In this document: positions 45,158 to 55,605 of the stretch, in pieces | Position numbering within the stretch: position 1 is the first letter of the stretch | How the letters are laid out: the number at the start of each line of letters is the position of its first letter | DNA from: an uncultured Elusimicrobium sp. | GTDB lineage: Bacteria; Elusimicrobiota; Elusimicrobia; Elusimicrobiales; Elusimicrobiaceae | Assembly (NCBI GenBank): GCA_902787065.1 | Contig: CADAFA010000001.1 | Coordinates: 1-58,511, forward strand | Direction: 5' to 3' | Length of the DNA stretch: 58,511 bases | The notes under the pieces: generated by a model | Told to the model about the DNA's origin: nothing | The model's input: the letters and a program-made list of their open reading frames with translations, nothing else | Databases searched by the model: none | Translations under genes and position numbers: made by a program

Positions 45158-46897
45158 TTATTCATTTGCTAAAGTGACAGCAAGAACTTCTTCAACAGTA
45201 GTAATACCGGTTACAGCTTTCCTCCAACCGCTGGCACGTAAATTCCAAGCACCTGTACTTTGGGAAGCTTTTTTAAGCTCAATCAAATCTTTAGTTTGAT
45301 AGATTGTATTGCGCATACTTTCGTTTACTTTAAATACTTCGTAAATTGCTTTTCTGCCCATATAACCGGTACCGGAACACTTAGGACAACCTTGGGCTTT
45401 AAAGAAAGTCCATGTTGCTTTATCTTTAGAAGGTAACATTGATTCCCTTATAACCTGATCAATAACACTCGGCCCCGGAACATAAGGCACTTTACAATAA
45501 GGGCAAAGTACCCTAACCAGACGCTGGGCAGCCACCAAAGCCAAAGAGCTTGCCAGCAAGAAAGGTTCTATACCCATATCAATCAAACGGGGAACAGCAC
45601 CGATAGCTTCATTTGTATGCAAAGTAGAAAATACCAAGTGACCTGTCAATGCAGCTTTTAAGCAAGCTTCTGCAGTTTCAGAGTCCCTGACTTCACCGAC
45701 TAGTATTACATCAGGGTCCTGACGTAAGAAAGAACGCAGGCCCGCCGCAAAAGTTAAACCTATTTGCGGTTTTACCTGTACTTGGCTGATACCGGATAAT
45801 TTGTATTCTACCGGGTCCTCCAAAGTCATAAAATTGTATTCGGAACTTTTTATTGATGTTAAAACAGCATTTAAAGTTGTAGTTTTACCTGAACCTGTGG
45901 GACCGGTCAAAAAAATCAAACCATGGGGTAAAGCTGCTGCTTCCAAGAAATCTTTTTTTTGTTTAGGTTCGAAACCCAATTTGTCAAGATTCAATTCGTT
46001 GCTACCCTTATCCAAAATACGGATAACCAACTTTTCGCCGAAAACGGTAGGACATACTGACACACGGAATTCTACCGTCCTGTTTTGGAATTTTACTGCG
46101 AAACTTCCATCTTGTGGTAAACGTTTTTCAGCGATATCAAGTTTTGATAAAATTTTTATACGGGAAATAATAGCCCCAACGTCTTCCTTGGCCGGTGAGG
46201 TTCTTTCATACAAAGAACCGTCAATCCTAAAACGCAAACTTACTCTTTCATCAAATAATTCTAAGTGGATATCAGACACCCTTTCTGTTAAAGCTTGACG
46301 CAAAATAGCGTTAACCATTTTAACATAATGAGCACCTGCACCGGAAAATTCTTTATCTAAGTCAATTTTAGCATCGGGGTTAGAAAGTTCTTCTAAACTT
46401 TGCCCTTCCCCTGCTTCTGCTTCTTCTTTCTCTTCTGAAATTACTTCTGCAAGCAAGTCTTTCTTAGAATAAAACGCATCCAAAGCTTGAAACAACTGTG
46501 ATTTGCTGGCGATAAAGGGCTGTATCTCAAGCCCGCTCATCATGCGCAAATTATCCAACAGAAAAACGTTGGAAGGATCGTTTAAAGCAACTGCTAAGGT
46601 GTTATCTTCTATAAATAGAGGTAAAATAACATTTTCACGGGCATATTTTTCCGGAATATACTTAGCAAGATTTTGATCTTTTTCAGGTATCAAAATGCCA
46701 TTTTGCCTACTGGCATAAGGTACTGAAAGTTGTTTAGACATTGCTTGTGTAAGTTCTTCTTCTTTAACAATATCCAAGGATACCAAAGCTTCGTTTAAAG
46801 AGACCTCATTTTGCTTTGCATGTAATTCTGCTTTCTTTAAACCTTCTTTGGTTAACTTACCACTTTCTATTAAAATATCTACCAACTGTTTTGCCAT
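45158..46897 (-). CDS. pilB: Type IV filament assembly ATPase (PilB/GspE family) with N-terminal MshEN/GspE_N-like domain
   Basis: Walker A GPTGSGKTTT, Asp box, Walker B DPDVILVGEVRD, His box GHLVFSTLHTN, tetracysteine CPYC...CPKC. Confidence 0.9.
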   Translation of the reverse strand: MAKQLVDILIESGKLTKEGLKKAELHAKQNEVSLNEALVSLDIVKEEELTQAMSKQLSVPYASRQNGILIPEKDQNLAKYIPEKYARENVILPLFIEDNTLAVALNDPSNVFLLDNLRMMSGLEIQPFIASKSQLFQALDAFYSKKDLLAEVISEEKEEAEAGEGQSLEELSNPDAKIDLDKEFSGAGAHYVKMVNAILRQALTERVSDIHLELFDERVSLRFRIDGSLYERTSPAKEDVGAIISRIKILSKLDIAEKRLPQDGSFAVKFQNRTVEFRVSVCPTVFGEKLVIRILDKGSNELNLDKLGFEPKQKKDFLEAAALPHGLIFLTGPTGSGKTTTLNAVLTSIKSSEYNFMTLEDPVEYKLSGISQVQVKPQIGLTFAAGLRSFLRQDPDVILVGEVRDSETAEACLKAALTGHLVFSTLHTNEAIGAVPRLIDMGIEPFLLASSLALVAAQRLVRVLCPYCKVPYVPGPSVIDQVIRESMLPSKDKATWTFFKAQGCPKCSGTGYMGRKAIYEVFKVNESMRNTIYQTKDLIELKKASQSTGAWNLRASGWRKAVTGITTVEEVLAVTLANE

Positions 46898-46925
46898 ACT
46901 AACGATCCTTCCAATTCAAAACTAC

Positions 46926-48494
46926 TTATTCAGACAACACCGTAGGTGTTATGAAAATGACTAAGTCTGTAGTGCTTTTACTTTTCTGCTTAGAAGTAAA
47001 TAACCAACCAATTATTGGTATTTGACCAAGTAAAGGAACCCTATAAGTCATTTCTTTATCCGAAGATTGTAAAAGGCCGCCTAACACAACTGTTTGGCCG
47101 CTTTTTACGCGAACTTGTGTTGTAACAGCACGGGTGACTGTATCATAAGTATCGCCCATTTCTGATGCAACAAGATCTGAATAAGAAGGTAAAACTGTTA
47201 AAGTAACATAACCTTCTTTATTAACTTGAGGTGTTACGGTTAAGGTTAATCCAATTCTCTTTCTTTCAGAACCGCTTGTTGTGGTTGTACCGCTTGAACC
47301 ACTTCCTGTATCTCTAGTTATTGTACCTATGGAGGCATCTCTTGAAGAAGTTACCATAGCTTGATTATTATTCATGGTAATAACTTTAGGTTTACCTAAT
47401 GAGCGGGCCTCTTGGTTTTGCATTAAAGCTTTAAATACAACTGTAAAATTTTCCCAACTCAATTTAGGAGATACCGTGCTAGGGCTGTCATTAGAAGTTG
47501 TACCGAGATATCTTAACAACTTATTACCTTCTCTGGCACCGAAATAATTCCAAGGCATTTCTGTCGCGCCGCCGGTAAATGTGCCTTGAACATTCCAGTT
47601 AAAACCGACATCATAACCACTACCTTTTGATACTTCAATTACTTGAGCTTCAATTAAAACTTGAGGAGCTTTAATATCGAGCTCATCTAAGATGCTTTCT
47701 ATTTGCGGGAAAACTTCCGGAACATCAGTAATAATTAATTTATTTGTTCTGGAGTCAATAGCAATTTTCCCTTGTTTTGTAAGAACACTTTGAATAACGC
47801 CTAAAATTGCGCTGCTTCCGTTGCCGGCGATGGTTTGTGTCGGAGAATTATTTAAAGAAAAGCCAGGACCGCCTGGGCCACCGCTGGAAGAACTGTCAAA
47901 AACGTTAAAAGAAGTTCCGCTTCCGCCGCTAAAACTGCTGCTGGTGACATCTGCAGGCATAACAGAACTTAAATCACTGGCAAGAGATGTGTTAGGTTGC
48001 AAAGATACATAATTTAAAGTATAAACTTTAGTTATTGTATTAGGAGCTTCCTCAGAGCGGTTTGTAATAACATAAGAATCACTTTTACCGACTCTTTGAT
48101 AAGTCAAACCTTGTACCCTTAACAGAGTATCCAAAGCTTCCCGAACAGTTACATTTGTTAAGGAAGCAGAAATTTTCTTACCGGAAAACTCCTCTCCCAT
48201 AATAAAGTTAATTTTTGATTGTGCGGAAATACTGTTTAAGAAAGTACCTATTGGTACATTATTAACCCTGATAGTTACTTTCCTATCTAACGGAGAAACA
48301 ACTTCCCGTTTGTATAATGAAGATTCCGCCTTTTGCCCAGCATTATTATTGGCTTTCGGGGTTTCCCCATAATTATCTACTACTTCAACCTTCGGCCCTG
48401 TTGAATTTTTCGTTCCTTGTGCCAAAGCTATTTGGCTACACAATTGAAACGAAGCAAACACCAGTACCAAAGTGAGTGCTATTTTCTTTTTCAT
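46926..48494 (-). CDS. pilQ: Secretin (PilQ/GspD family)
   Basis: Signal peptide. N-domain repeat, Ser/Gly-rich linker. C-terminal secretin core ending VPLLGQIPIIGWLFTSK....DLVIFITP. Confidence 0.85.
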   Translation of the reverse strand: MKKKIALTLVLVFASFQLCSQIALAQGTKNSTGPKVEVVDNYGETPKANNNAGQKAESSLYKREVVSPLDRKVTIRVNNVPIGTFLNSISAQSKINFIMGEEFSGKKISASLTNVTVREALDTLLRVQGLTYQRVGKSDSYVITNRSEEAPNTITKVYTLNYVSLQPNTSLASDLSSVMPADVTSSSFSGGSGTSFNVFDSSSSGGPGGPGFSLNNSPTQTIAGNGSSAILGVIQSVLTKQGKIAIDSRTNKLIITDVPEVFPQIESILDELDIKAPQVLIEAQVIEVSKGSGYDVGFNWNVQGTFTGGATEMPWNYFGAREGNKLLRYLGTTSNDSPSTVSPKLSWENFTVVFKALMQNQEARSLGKPKVITMNNNQAMVTSSRDASIGTITRDTGSGSSGTTTTSGSERKRIGLTLTVTPQVNKEGYVTLTVLPSYSDLVASEMGDTYDTVTRAVTTQVRVKSGQTVVLGGLLQSSDKEMTYRVPLLGQIPIIGWLFTSKQKSKSTTDLVIFITPTVLSE

Positions 48495-48527
48495 TACTTC
48501 CTCCTAATTTTTTTTATCTACAAAACT

Positions 48528-49025
48528 TTATAACAAAGGTAATTTGCGCTGAAACCTTTGCCCTTTATAAGTAAACCAAACAGAATCATCTGTTATTGAC
48601 ACTACTTTAGCTCCTAAAACTTTGGAGCCTATACCAACAACTTCTCCGTTAACTATGGCCTCTTTTCCTAAGATACCGTCTACACGTATTTTATACATGA
48701 TAGCTCTGGCAGGATAACGTCTTATTTCATCTTCAAGAATTTTTTGTTTCAAGATGCGTTCCCTTTCCGCTTTAGCCTGACGTTCTCTCTCTGCTTCTTC
48801 TTCAACTAAACGGCGCTGCTCTGCCTTCCTCATTTGGTCTATTTTTATAACTTCTTCTTTAGATAAAAAGGGATTTCTTCTGCCCGGGTTAAAAGAAACT
48901 TTTTTTACTCCCACGGCCTTTGTATTTACAGCAGCCTTATTATTTTGCACCTTTTGTGCATTAACTGTCACAATTAAAAAGCAAAAACACAGAGCTAGAC
49001 AAATATATAAAAATTTATTTTTCAT
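48528..49025 (-). CDS. PilP/GspC-like periplasmic protein
   Basis: Signal/anchor, charged coiled region. C-terminal beta domain YKIRVDGILGKEAIVNGEVVGIGSKVLGAKVVSITDDSVWFTYKG, typical of PilP/GspC HR domains. Position next to the secretin. Confidence 0.45.
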   Translation of the reverse strand: MKNKFLYICLALCFCFLIVTVNAQKVQNNKAAVNTKAVGVKKVSFNPGRRNPFLSKEEVIKIDQMRKAEQRRLVEEEAERERQAKAERERILKQKILEDEIRRYPARAIMYKIRVDGILGKEAIVNGEVVGIGSKVLGAKVVSITDDSVWFTYKGQRFQRKLPLL

Positions 49026-49623
49026 TCTTTCCCCCTACCAAAGTTGGAAAATCTTTATCCTGAACAAAAACAGTATTGGTATTAAAAGTAACACTTAATT
49101 TTTCTAATTCCCCTTGTTTACGGCTGATTTTTAAATCTGATACACGCATAAAACTAGGATTATTCTCTATCGCTTCAATAACACGCCCTATTTGTTCAAA
49201 GGTGAGCTCCCCTTTAATCGGAATAGTAGAAATGGTAAAAACCCCTTCTGTCTTCTGCGCCTCATTACCATTAGATAAAGCGGCTTCTGTTAAACCGACT
49301 TGTTCTCTTATTGAAATAATTTGTGACGGATGCCAAAAGGCTTTTTGAGTATTTGGGGGTAATTCCTCAGCCAATTTCATATACTTAGCCTTATTTTTTA
49401 AATACTCTTCCCTGTTTTCAATTTCTGCTGCTTGGGCTTCCGCCTTCCTTCTCATATCACTTATTTGAGAAGATGTTCCTTGATGTAAAAACCAGGCAAT
49501 TACGACAACTATTATTAACATTGACAAAGGCCTAAAAAAAGGCTTAAAATTTCTGTCTTTAATCATCGAAATGGCATCTGTCATGCCAGCTTTTAAATTA
49601 CTTATTTTCATTTTTATTCCCAC
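49015..49623 (-). CDS. PilO/GspM-like bitopic inner-membrane protein
   Basis: Single TM (LSMLIIVVVIAWFL), coiled coil, C-terminal alpha/beta domain. Position between the PilMN-like and PilP-like genes. Confidence 0.45.
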   Translation of the reverse strand: MGIKMKISNLKAGMTDAISMIKDRNFKPFFRPLSMLIIVVVIAWFLHQGTSSQISDMRRKAEAQAAEIENREEYLKNKAKYMKLAEELPPNTQKAFWHPSQIISIREQVGLTEAALSNGNEAQKTEGVFTISTIPIKGELTFEQIGRVIEAIENNPSFMRVSDLKISRKQGELEKLSVTFNTNTVFVQDKDFPTLVGGKNEK

Positions 49624-51190
49624 ATTTTACTACAAATTTAGTACCTAAAACAAAGATACTACCTTGATTTTTCAAAGAATTATCAATATTGTAGCTTATA
49701 TTAGCTGAATTTTTACATAAATCAGCAAAATCTAAATCAGCAGATATATCTGACTTAAATTTATTACCTAAAGCCAATTCCTCTTTATTACCAGCTAAGG
49801 TACTGGCTATCCCTTCAATAGCCATAGTAGCATTTCCTTTTTTTATATCAAAATTATAAGGATAATCTATTGATAAGGAGGATAACCAAATATCTTCCGG
49901 TAAAGTTCTGGGTAAAGCAGAAAGTTTTTTAGTAAAATACGGCTCTACAAGTAAACCGTCTAATTTTTTAGAATTGCTCTTTAAATTTGAGACTTTCGTC
50001 TTAATCTGGTCAGCATACAAGCCCTGAAAGTCTGTTACTTCCTTTTGATCTTTTTTGCTGGCTTTAAGCTGTACGGCAGTAACAACTGAAGTCACCTGCA
50101 TAAATAAAGCATAAAGTATTACAAGGCCTGCAACAGCTGCCGTTACCAACCAGGCAAAGGTTGTAGCCCTAATTTCTTCATCTGAAGAACGATTACCTTT
50201 ATAGAAATCTATATCTGGTACTTTTTTGTTAACAAATTTGAGGCAAGCCCCTAAAACAGACATTTCGGAGAATCCGTCCACCCTAAAGCCGAAAACCTCA
50301 CTTATTTTGCTTATCCTAACATGTTGTTTAACTTCTCCCTCTACTATATAAACCCAAAAATCCCCGTCGTCAGAAACTACCGCTACATCTTCAAAAGGAT
50401 TCTTTTCAAGTTGTTTAGAAATAAAATCCATACAATTCGTTATTTCTAAACGGTTTCTTGCACCCAGAGCCTTCTGAACTTCCACCTCCCTAAACATCAG
50501 TGGTAATTCATTTAAGGCAAACAGGAATTGCCCATGGGTAGAAGTGAAGTTTGCATATATGATACCTTTTTGTTCGGAATTATCTTTATCTACTTGTGTT
50601 AAAAGGCGATAAGCAGATATTGCAGAACATTCCACTGAAACTAAATTAAGCCCTATTTTTTTCATCCCGGCTTCTAAAGCAGAAATGATTTTAGCAGAAG
50701 TCATACAAAATACAACACCAAGCTTCTGGGTTTTACTTAAAGGAGCATTAAAAGGGTATACATAGAAATCATAAACACCCTTTTCAAAAGGATAATGAAT
50801 ATATTTTCTAGCCTGAAGGGGTATAGTTTGTTTCCAATAAACACGGGCTATATTCTGAATTACAAAATGCCTGTAAATACAAAATGCCGGATCAAGAGAG
50901 ATAACAACATTTTTAGTGTTAAAATCTCTACTTTCTATGATTTTCTGTATGGGATCAAGCCAATGTTTAGTTGTTAAAAAGAATCCTTCATTTAATTCTG
51001 CAGGTTTTAAGTTATCTTGAGGAACATCACTTATAGGTAATTTTATAAGTGAATTTACTTCCATCCCGCCTGCAACAGTTGTAACCTGTGCGACATAAAC
51101 ATCCGTCAAGGAAATATGTATACCTATACATTCCACATAATCTGAACGTTTAATGCCTGAGAATTTGTCAAAAATACTAGTTATATCCAT
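49598..51190 (-). CDS. PilM-PilN fusion (GspL-like architecture): cytoplasmic actin-like domain, TM helix, periplasmic domain
   Basis: N-terminal VECIGIHISLTDVYVAQV (PilM-type start), about 340 aa cytoplasmic, TM WLVTAAVAGLVILYALFMQV, about 160 aa periplasmic. Confidence 0.55.
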   Translation of the reverse strand: MDITSIFDKFSGIKRSDYVECIGIHISLTDVYVAQVTTVAGGMEVNSLIKLPISDVPQDNLKPAELNEGFFLTTKHWLDPIQKIIESRDFNTKNVVISLDPAFCIYRHFVIQNIARVYWKQTIPLQARKYIHYPFEKGVYDFYVYPFNAPLSKTQKLGVVFCMTSAKIISALEAGMKKIGLNLVSVECSAISAYRLLTQVDKDNSEQKGIIYANFTSTHGQFLFALNELPLMFREVEVQKALGARNRLEITNCMDFISKQLEKNPFEDVAVVSDDGDFWVYIVEGEVKQHVRISKISEVFGFRVDGFSEMSVLGACLKFVNKKVPDIDFYKGNRSSDEEIRATTFAWLVTAAVAGLVILYALFMQVTSVVTAVQLKASKKDQKEVTDFQGLYADQIKTKVSNLKSNSKKLDGLLVEPYFTKKLSALPRTLPEDIWLSSLSIDYPYNFDIKKGNATMAIEGIASTLAGNKEELALGNKFKSDISADLDFADLCKNSANISYNIDNSLKNQGSIFVLGTKFVVKCGNKNENK

Positions 51191-51209
51191 ATACTCCCCT
51201 TACTTAAAA

Positions 51210-52985
51210 TTATTCCTCTTCAGTAACGGTATTTGAATAAGGATTATTTGTCGCCCCATAAGAGTTTACCGTTAAACTCGTTTCTGTTTCTTGAGGAACC
51301 CCTGCTATATTATCGGTACTACTGGATTCATATACTGTTTCAGAAGTTTTTGTAACAGATTTAGTAGAAACCACGGAAGAAACTTTCTCATTTTCTTCCT
51401 CTATATTTCCTATCCTTTTAATAGCAGGCTTAGTCCAAAGCCTCTTTTGGGAATAATTCAAATTTTTGGTCTCACTTTTTATAGTTCCCTTTTTAAGTTC
51501 TTCACTTTTCTTTACTTCAGATTCAGTTTTAATTACAAGTACTTCATCTTTTTCAGGGGCTTCTTTTAAAGTGAGTTGGCGCTTTAAAATACTTTCACGA
51601 CCGGCAGTATCTTTTGCTTTAAGAACAACAGTATATTTACCCAAGGGTAATAAATGCCCAAAATATCTTTTGCGGCCATTCCAAAAAGTTTGATAGTTTA
51701 AAGCATCTGTACCCGAAAGTTGCTTAATAACGTAGTAATGCCCGTCAGAAGCATGGCTGACAATTTGGAAAATCCATTCTTTAATAGGCGCAGAAGCTTC
51801 GATAACTGAAAAATCTATCACAAAAATCTCACCTATTGAAGGAGTTATTTCTTCAAAAGGATAAACAGCCAGACTAAGAGTGGGGGGCAAATTCTTTTCC
51901 TGTAATTTAGATTTTAAACGGGACTTACCATCATAATCAAACACTACAGAAACCCCGGCTAAATTGCTGAATTTCTCAGGCGGTTCTTGGGTTGTTAAGC
52001 CCATATTTAAATTCATTTTTGACGGAGAAATACCCCTGTTTATTAAGTAAGAGTTTAGTGCAACCGCCTGACGTACCCCATGCAAAGTTACATCCCCAGT
52101 ATAACTGCCTTCAGGTAAAATAACATAAGCAGGAGAATCTTCCAAAATCATCAAAGCATAGACATCGTCTAAAATCGGTGAAGAGACTTTACTAATCGCA
52201 CTTCCAAAAAATAGAGCGGAAGAATCAATATCTATTGCATCGACTCGTCCTCCACGCAAATAAACCTGAACATCTTCCCTGGCATTTAACTTAGCAACTA
52301 AAGAATCTATTAACTCCTGCCTTTGCTGTTTTTCATCCTTTTTCTGTAAGTAACGAATTTTTGATTTGCTTCCTTTAGGGAAAGACTCTTCTTCCGGAAT
52401 TATAATTTCCTTATCTATAACTTCAGTCACATTTTCATTATTTTCTTCCTGAGCAGAATCTTTTTCCGTAATTTCTTCGTTGGTACCAGAATCTAAATTT
52501 TTTGCGGTTTTATTGTTATCTCTCGATCCAAAGGGGTCGGCATTAGGCTCAGAGTCCTCAGGTTCAGGAATATCTTCCATAACTTCTTTTGTAAAAACCT
52601 CTTTCCAGACAACGGTTGACTTATCTGGGTTTGTTGGGACTCCTGGTTCCTTCTCAAGTTGTTTATCAAATAAAACTTTTCCCCTTTCAGGGCTTCTATT
52701 TTTTTCTATTTCTTCGTTATAAGGAACTTGTGTAGGCGCAACTACACCCCCTCTATCAAAATGAATCAGGTTGACATATTCATTAGCTTCGGCGATTTGA
52801 TCCGTACTCCCGGTTACAAAGACATTTATAAAATTATCCATTGCCTCCTCATAACGTCCATCTGCATAAAGCCTTTTACCTTTGGATAAAGCTTCTTCTG
52901 CATCAGTCACAGATGCAAAAACAGAAGAAGACATAGTCAAAACAAGACAAGCCATCAAAGTAAAAATATTTATTCTAAATCTCAT
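51210..52985 (-). CDS. Secreted multidomain protein: TPR-like N-terminus, acidic linker, degenerate OmpA/MotB-like segment, Ig-like (FlgD-Ig-type) domain, Ser/Thr-rich tail
   Basis: Signal MRFRINIFTLMACLVLTMSSSVFA (ATG at 52985, AGAGGGG RBS). FFGSAISKVSSPILDDVY...HGVRQAVALNSYLINRGISPSKM resembles an OmpA_C pattern. GKYTVVLKAKDTAGRES resembles FlgD-Ig. Confidence 0.4.
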   Translation of the reverse strand: MRFRINIFTLMACLVLTMSSSVFASVTDAEEALSKGKRLYADGRYEEAMDNFINVFVTGSTDQIAEANEYVNLIHFDRGGVVAPTQVPYNEEIEKNRSPERGKVLFDKQLEKEPGVPTNPDKSTVVWKEVFTKEVMEDIPEPEDSEPNADPFGSRDNNKTAKNLDSGTNEEITEKDSAQEENNENVTEVIDKEIIIPEEESFPKGSKSKIRYLQKKDEKQQRQELIDSLVAKLNAREDVQVYLRGGRVDAIDIDSSALFFGSAISKVSSPILDDVYALMILEDSPAYVILPEGSYTGDVTLHGVRQAVALNSYLINRGISPSKMNLNMGLTTQEPPEKFSNLAGVSVVFDYDGKSRLKSKLQEKNLPPTLSLAVYPFEEITPSIGEIFVIDFSVIEASAPIKEWIFQIVSHASDGHYYVIKQLSGTDALNYQTFWNGRKRYFGHLLPLGKYTVVLKAKDTAGRESILKRQLTLKEAPEKDEVLVIKTESEVKKSEELKKGTIKSETKNLNYSQKRLWTKPAIKRIGNIEEENEKVSSVVSTKSVTKTSETVYESSSTDNIAGVPQETETSLTVNSYGATNNPYSNTVTEEE

Positions 52986-53076
52986 AAATATGCCCCTCTT
53001 AACAAAGCCTACAAAGCCCATATAAACATTATATCAATTTATCAGTCTTTGTAAAGCATTACCTTCATCGTCCATA

Positions 53077-55605
53077 TTATATATTAACATTTTTGAACCT
53101 ATTTTTGGCAAATTCATCATAAGGGTCAAAATACAATATTTCTTGAAGCATTTCTTCGCTTATCTGTCTATCCCCACATTTTTGAGCTGACATAGCTAAA
53201 GATAAGTTATAAGATTTACCCCAAAAATTATTACCTTTGCCCTTTTTTAAGATTTTTGCAGCCTCACAGAAATTACCCTGCCTATAATAAAATTCCGCAA
53301 GCAGAGCATTTATTTCATGTTCTTCAGGATATTTTTTTTGTAGTTTTTCAATATCTTTTAACAAAGTGTCGTCTTGCCTAGTTTTTATTTGGTTTTTTAA
53401 TTCGTTAATTTTGTAAACCTTTTGCAGGAATTTATCAGTTTTTGCCTTACTAGGGCAAATAGTAAAAATTTCCAAGGCAGTCTTATCAAAAATATTTTTT
53501 TGTAAAGCTTTAAGGGCAAAGTCAGAAGCAGCGCTGCAGTTGTTTTCCTTAAAATAAATTTCAGCTAAATATGACGGTAAGTTAGTTTCATAAGGCAACA
53601 CCTCAACTAAAGTTTCAAGAAATTTTTTATCTTCTTTAGAAACATAATTTTGGTTTAATAAAATATTTGCAAACAGTTCTGCCGCAGGGGAATAGGTGGG
53701 TAACAATAATAAATTTTTACGCAAATTTATCAAAGCACCTGCCATATTTTGTTGGATATATTGTAAAGATGCCAGATAGAAATAAAACTCATAATAGGCA
53801 GGGTAAAAATTAAGAACTTTTTCATTAATTTTTTGGGATTTTACAAGATTATTTAATTGTGTTTGAACTTTGATTAAAACATAATATGGTTCAGGCCTAA
53901 GTGAAGATAATTTTATTGCCTTTTCCATATCATCAACGGTATTTTGATAATTTTCCTTAGCTAAATTTTTATATCCCTTTAATTCATAAATCTGGGCTAT
54001 AAAATTTTTTGTTTGGAAACTAATTAAAAGATAAACTGTAAAACAAATTAAAATAAAAATTACCTTACCAATAGCTTTGTTTAAATTAATTTTTTTATTT
54101 TTTGCATTTAAGTTATTTATCAAAGAAAAGATAAACCAAAAGGCGAAACTAACCAATAGAGTTCGCAAAGTAATATTAAATAAATTATCAATCAAAACAC
54201 TTACTAAACCTAATAATAAGGCAAGATAAAAATATTTTTCTTCATTGTTTAAAGTTTTTGTTTTTTTATTGAACATCATAAAAAACAAAACCCATAGAAT
54301 CAAATAAGCAATTAATGAAAAGAAACCTCCATCAGATAATATTTCAAGATATTCATTATGAGTTGCATTTGCTTGCATTTTCATTTTATCTAAAGCAGGA
54401 TTTTGGACGATTAGTTTACCTTGGCAGTAAGGGAAATTAAATTGAAAAGAATTTAACCCTTTACCTAAAATCGGAGAACTTTTAAAATTTTCCAAAGCAC
54501 AATGCCACATCATTAAACGCTGATGTAAAGGCTGAATTAAATTTTTACTTCGCAAAGAAAATGTTTGAGAACTTAAAGCTTGTTTTACTTCTAAAATTCT
54601 TGCACCCGGTAAAGAGTTACCACCCTGTTTTAAATTTTTTATTACCCCAAAAGTACAAGCACAAAAAATTAAAAATAAAATAAATATCTTCAAGAATTTA
54701 CTTATAAATATTTTTCTCAATTCCGAGGATAAAATAAAAAATATAAAACAACAACCCAACAAACCTATCCATGCGGAACGGGTACCAGATATAACTAAAA
54801 ATAAAGCTAAAATTAAACAAATAAAACCGCTTATTAAGTTTTCTTTTTTATTTTTAGCATGCAAAAAAAGCAACAAAGAATATGGTAAAAGAAGTAAAGC
54901 AAAAGAAGCCAAAAAATTTGGGTTACCGAACGTAGAAACAGGGCGCGCACCAAATTCTTTTGAAATATCTAAAACCCAGAATAATTCAAAACCTGTTCCT
55001 TGCATCAAACCGTATAAACAAGCGCAAAAACAAACGGAGAGCATAAGGTCCAAAATTTGCCTTACACCGAAATTTATCAAATGTCTGTAACCCAAATAAA
55101 CCCCTGCGCCCAAAATCAAAATAGCAACAAAAGAACTAGCTTGAACCTTCCACAAAAACCAAGCTAAACACCAAAGAAAAATATTTTTGAAAAATTTATA
55201 AGAGGAATCAGCAAATTCAATTTTTACCGATGCTATTTTGGCGAATAAAAAACCGAATATTAAACCAAAAATTACATAATCTGATTTACGCAAAAATTCA
55301 TTTATTAAAGCTGTTTTATAAGGGGCGGAAATATAATTAAAAATCAAAGAAAGTAATAAAGAGAATAAAAAAATAATAAAAACAAAATCTAATTTAGAGT
55401 ATCGGAGATTGAGTTCCCCTTTAAACAAAATTTCCAAGCCATAACATAAAATAAAAATACCACCGAAAATACCAAAACATAACGGCTGCACTGCAAAAGG
55501 GTTTTGGGTGGCATTTGTTAAAAATAAAAGGGGGCAGACAAATAAACAAATTGTAAAACAAAACCTTTTTAATAAACTGATAAAATTTAAAATTTTATTT
55601 TGCAT
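53077..55605 (-). CDS. O-antigen-ligase-family (Wzy_C) polytopic membrane protein with C-terminal TPR domain
   Basis: More than 10 TM segments. Periplasmic loop ATHNEYLEILSDGGFFSL (Wzy_C H-N-x-[YF]-L...G signature). About 300-aa C-terminal TPR region. Confidence 0.65.
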   Translation of the reverse strand: MQNKILNFISLLKRFCFTICLFVCPLLFLTNATQNPFAVQPLCFGIFGGIFILCYGLEILFKGELNLRYSKLDFVFIIFLFSLLLSLIFNYISAPYKTALINEFLRKSDYVIFGLIFGFLFAKIASVKIEFADSSYKFFKNIFLWCLAWFLWKVQASSFVAILILGAGVYLGYRHLINFGVRQILDLMLSVCFCACLYGLMQGTGFELFWVLDISKEFGARPVSTFGNPNFLASFALLLLPYSLLLFLHAKNKKENLISGFICLILALFLVISGTRSAWIGLLGCCFIFFILSSELRKIFISKFLKIFILFLIFCACTFGVIKNLKQGGNSLPGARILEVKQALSSQTFSLRSKNLIQPLHQRLMMWHCALENFKSSPILGKGLNSFQFNFPYCQGKLIVQNPALDKMKMQANATHNEYLEILSDGGFFSLIAYLILWVLFFMMFNKKTKTLNNEEKYFYLALLLGLVSVLIDNLFNITLRTLLVSFAFWFIFSLINNLNAKNKKINLNKAIGKVIFILICFTVYLLISFQTKNFIAQIYELKGYKNLAKENYQNTVDDMEKAIKLSSLRPEPYYVLIKVQTQLNNLVKSQKINEKVLNFYPAYYEFYFYLASLQYIQQNMAGALINLRKNLLLLPTYSPAAELFANILLNQNYVSKEDKKFLETLVEVLPYETNLPSYLAEIYFKENNCSAASDFALKALQKNIFDKTALEIFTICPSKAKTDKFLQKVYKINELKNQIKTRQDDTLLKDIEKLQKKYPEEHEINALLAEFYYRQGNFCEAAKILKKGKGNNFWGKSYNLSLAMSAQKCGDRQISEEMLQEILYFDPYDEFAKNRFKNVNI

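Noticed and set aside
44628-46298. Plus-strand ORFs of 138 aa and 165 aa
   Set aside because: They are antisense shadows inside the PilC-like and PilB-like genes, both of which carry unambiguous family motifs.
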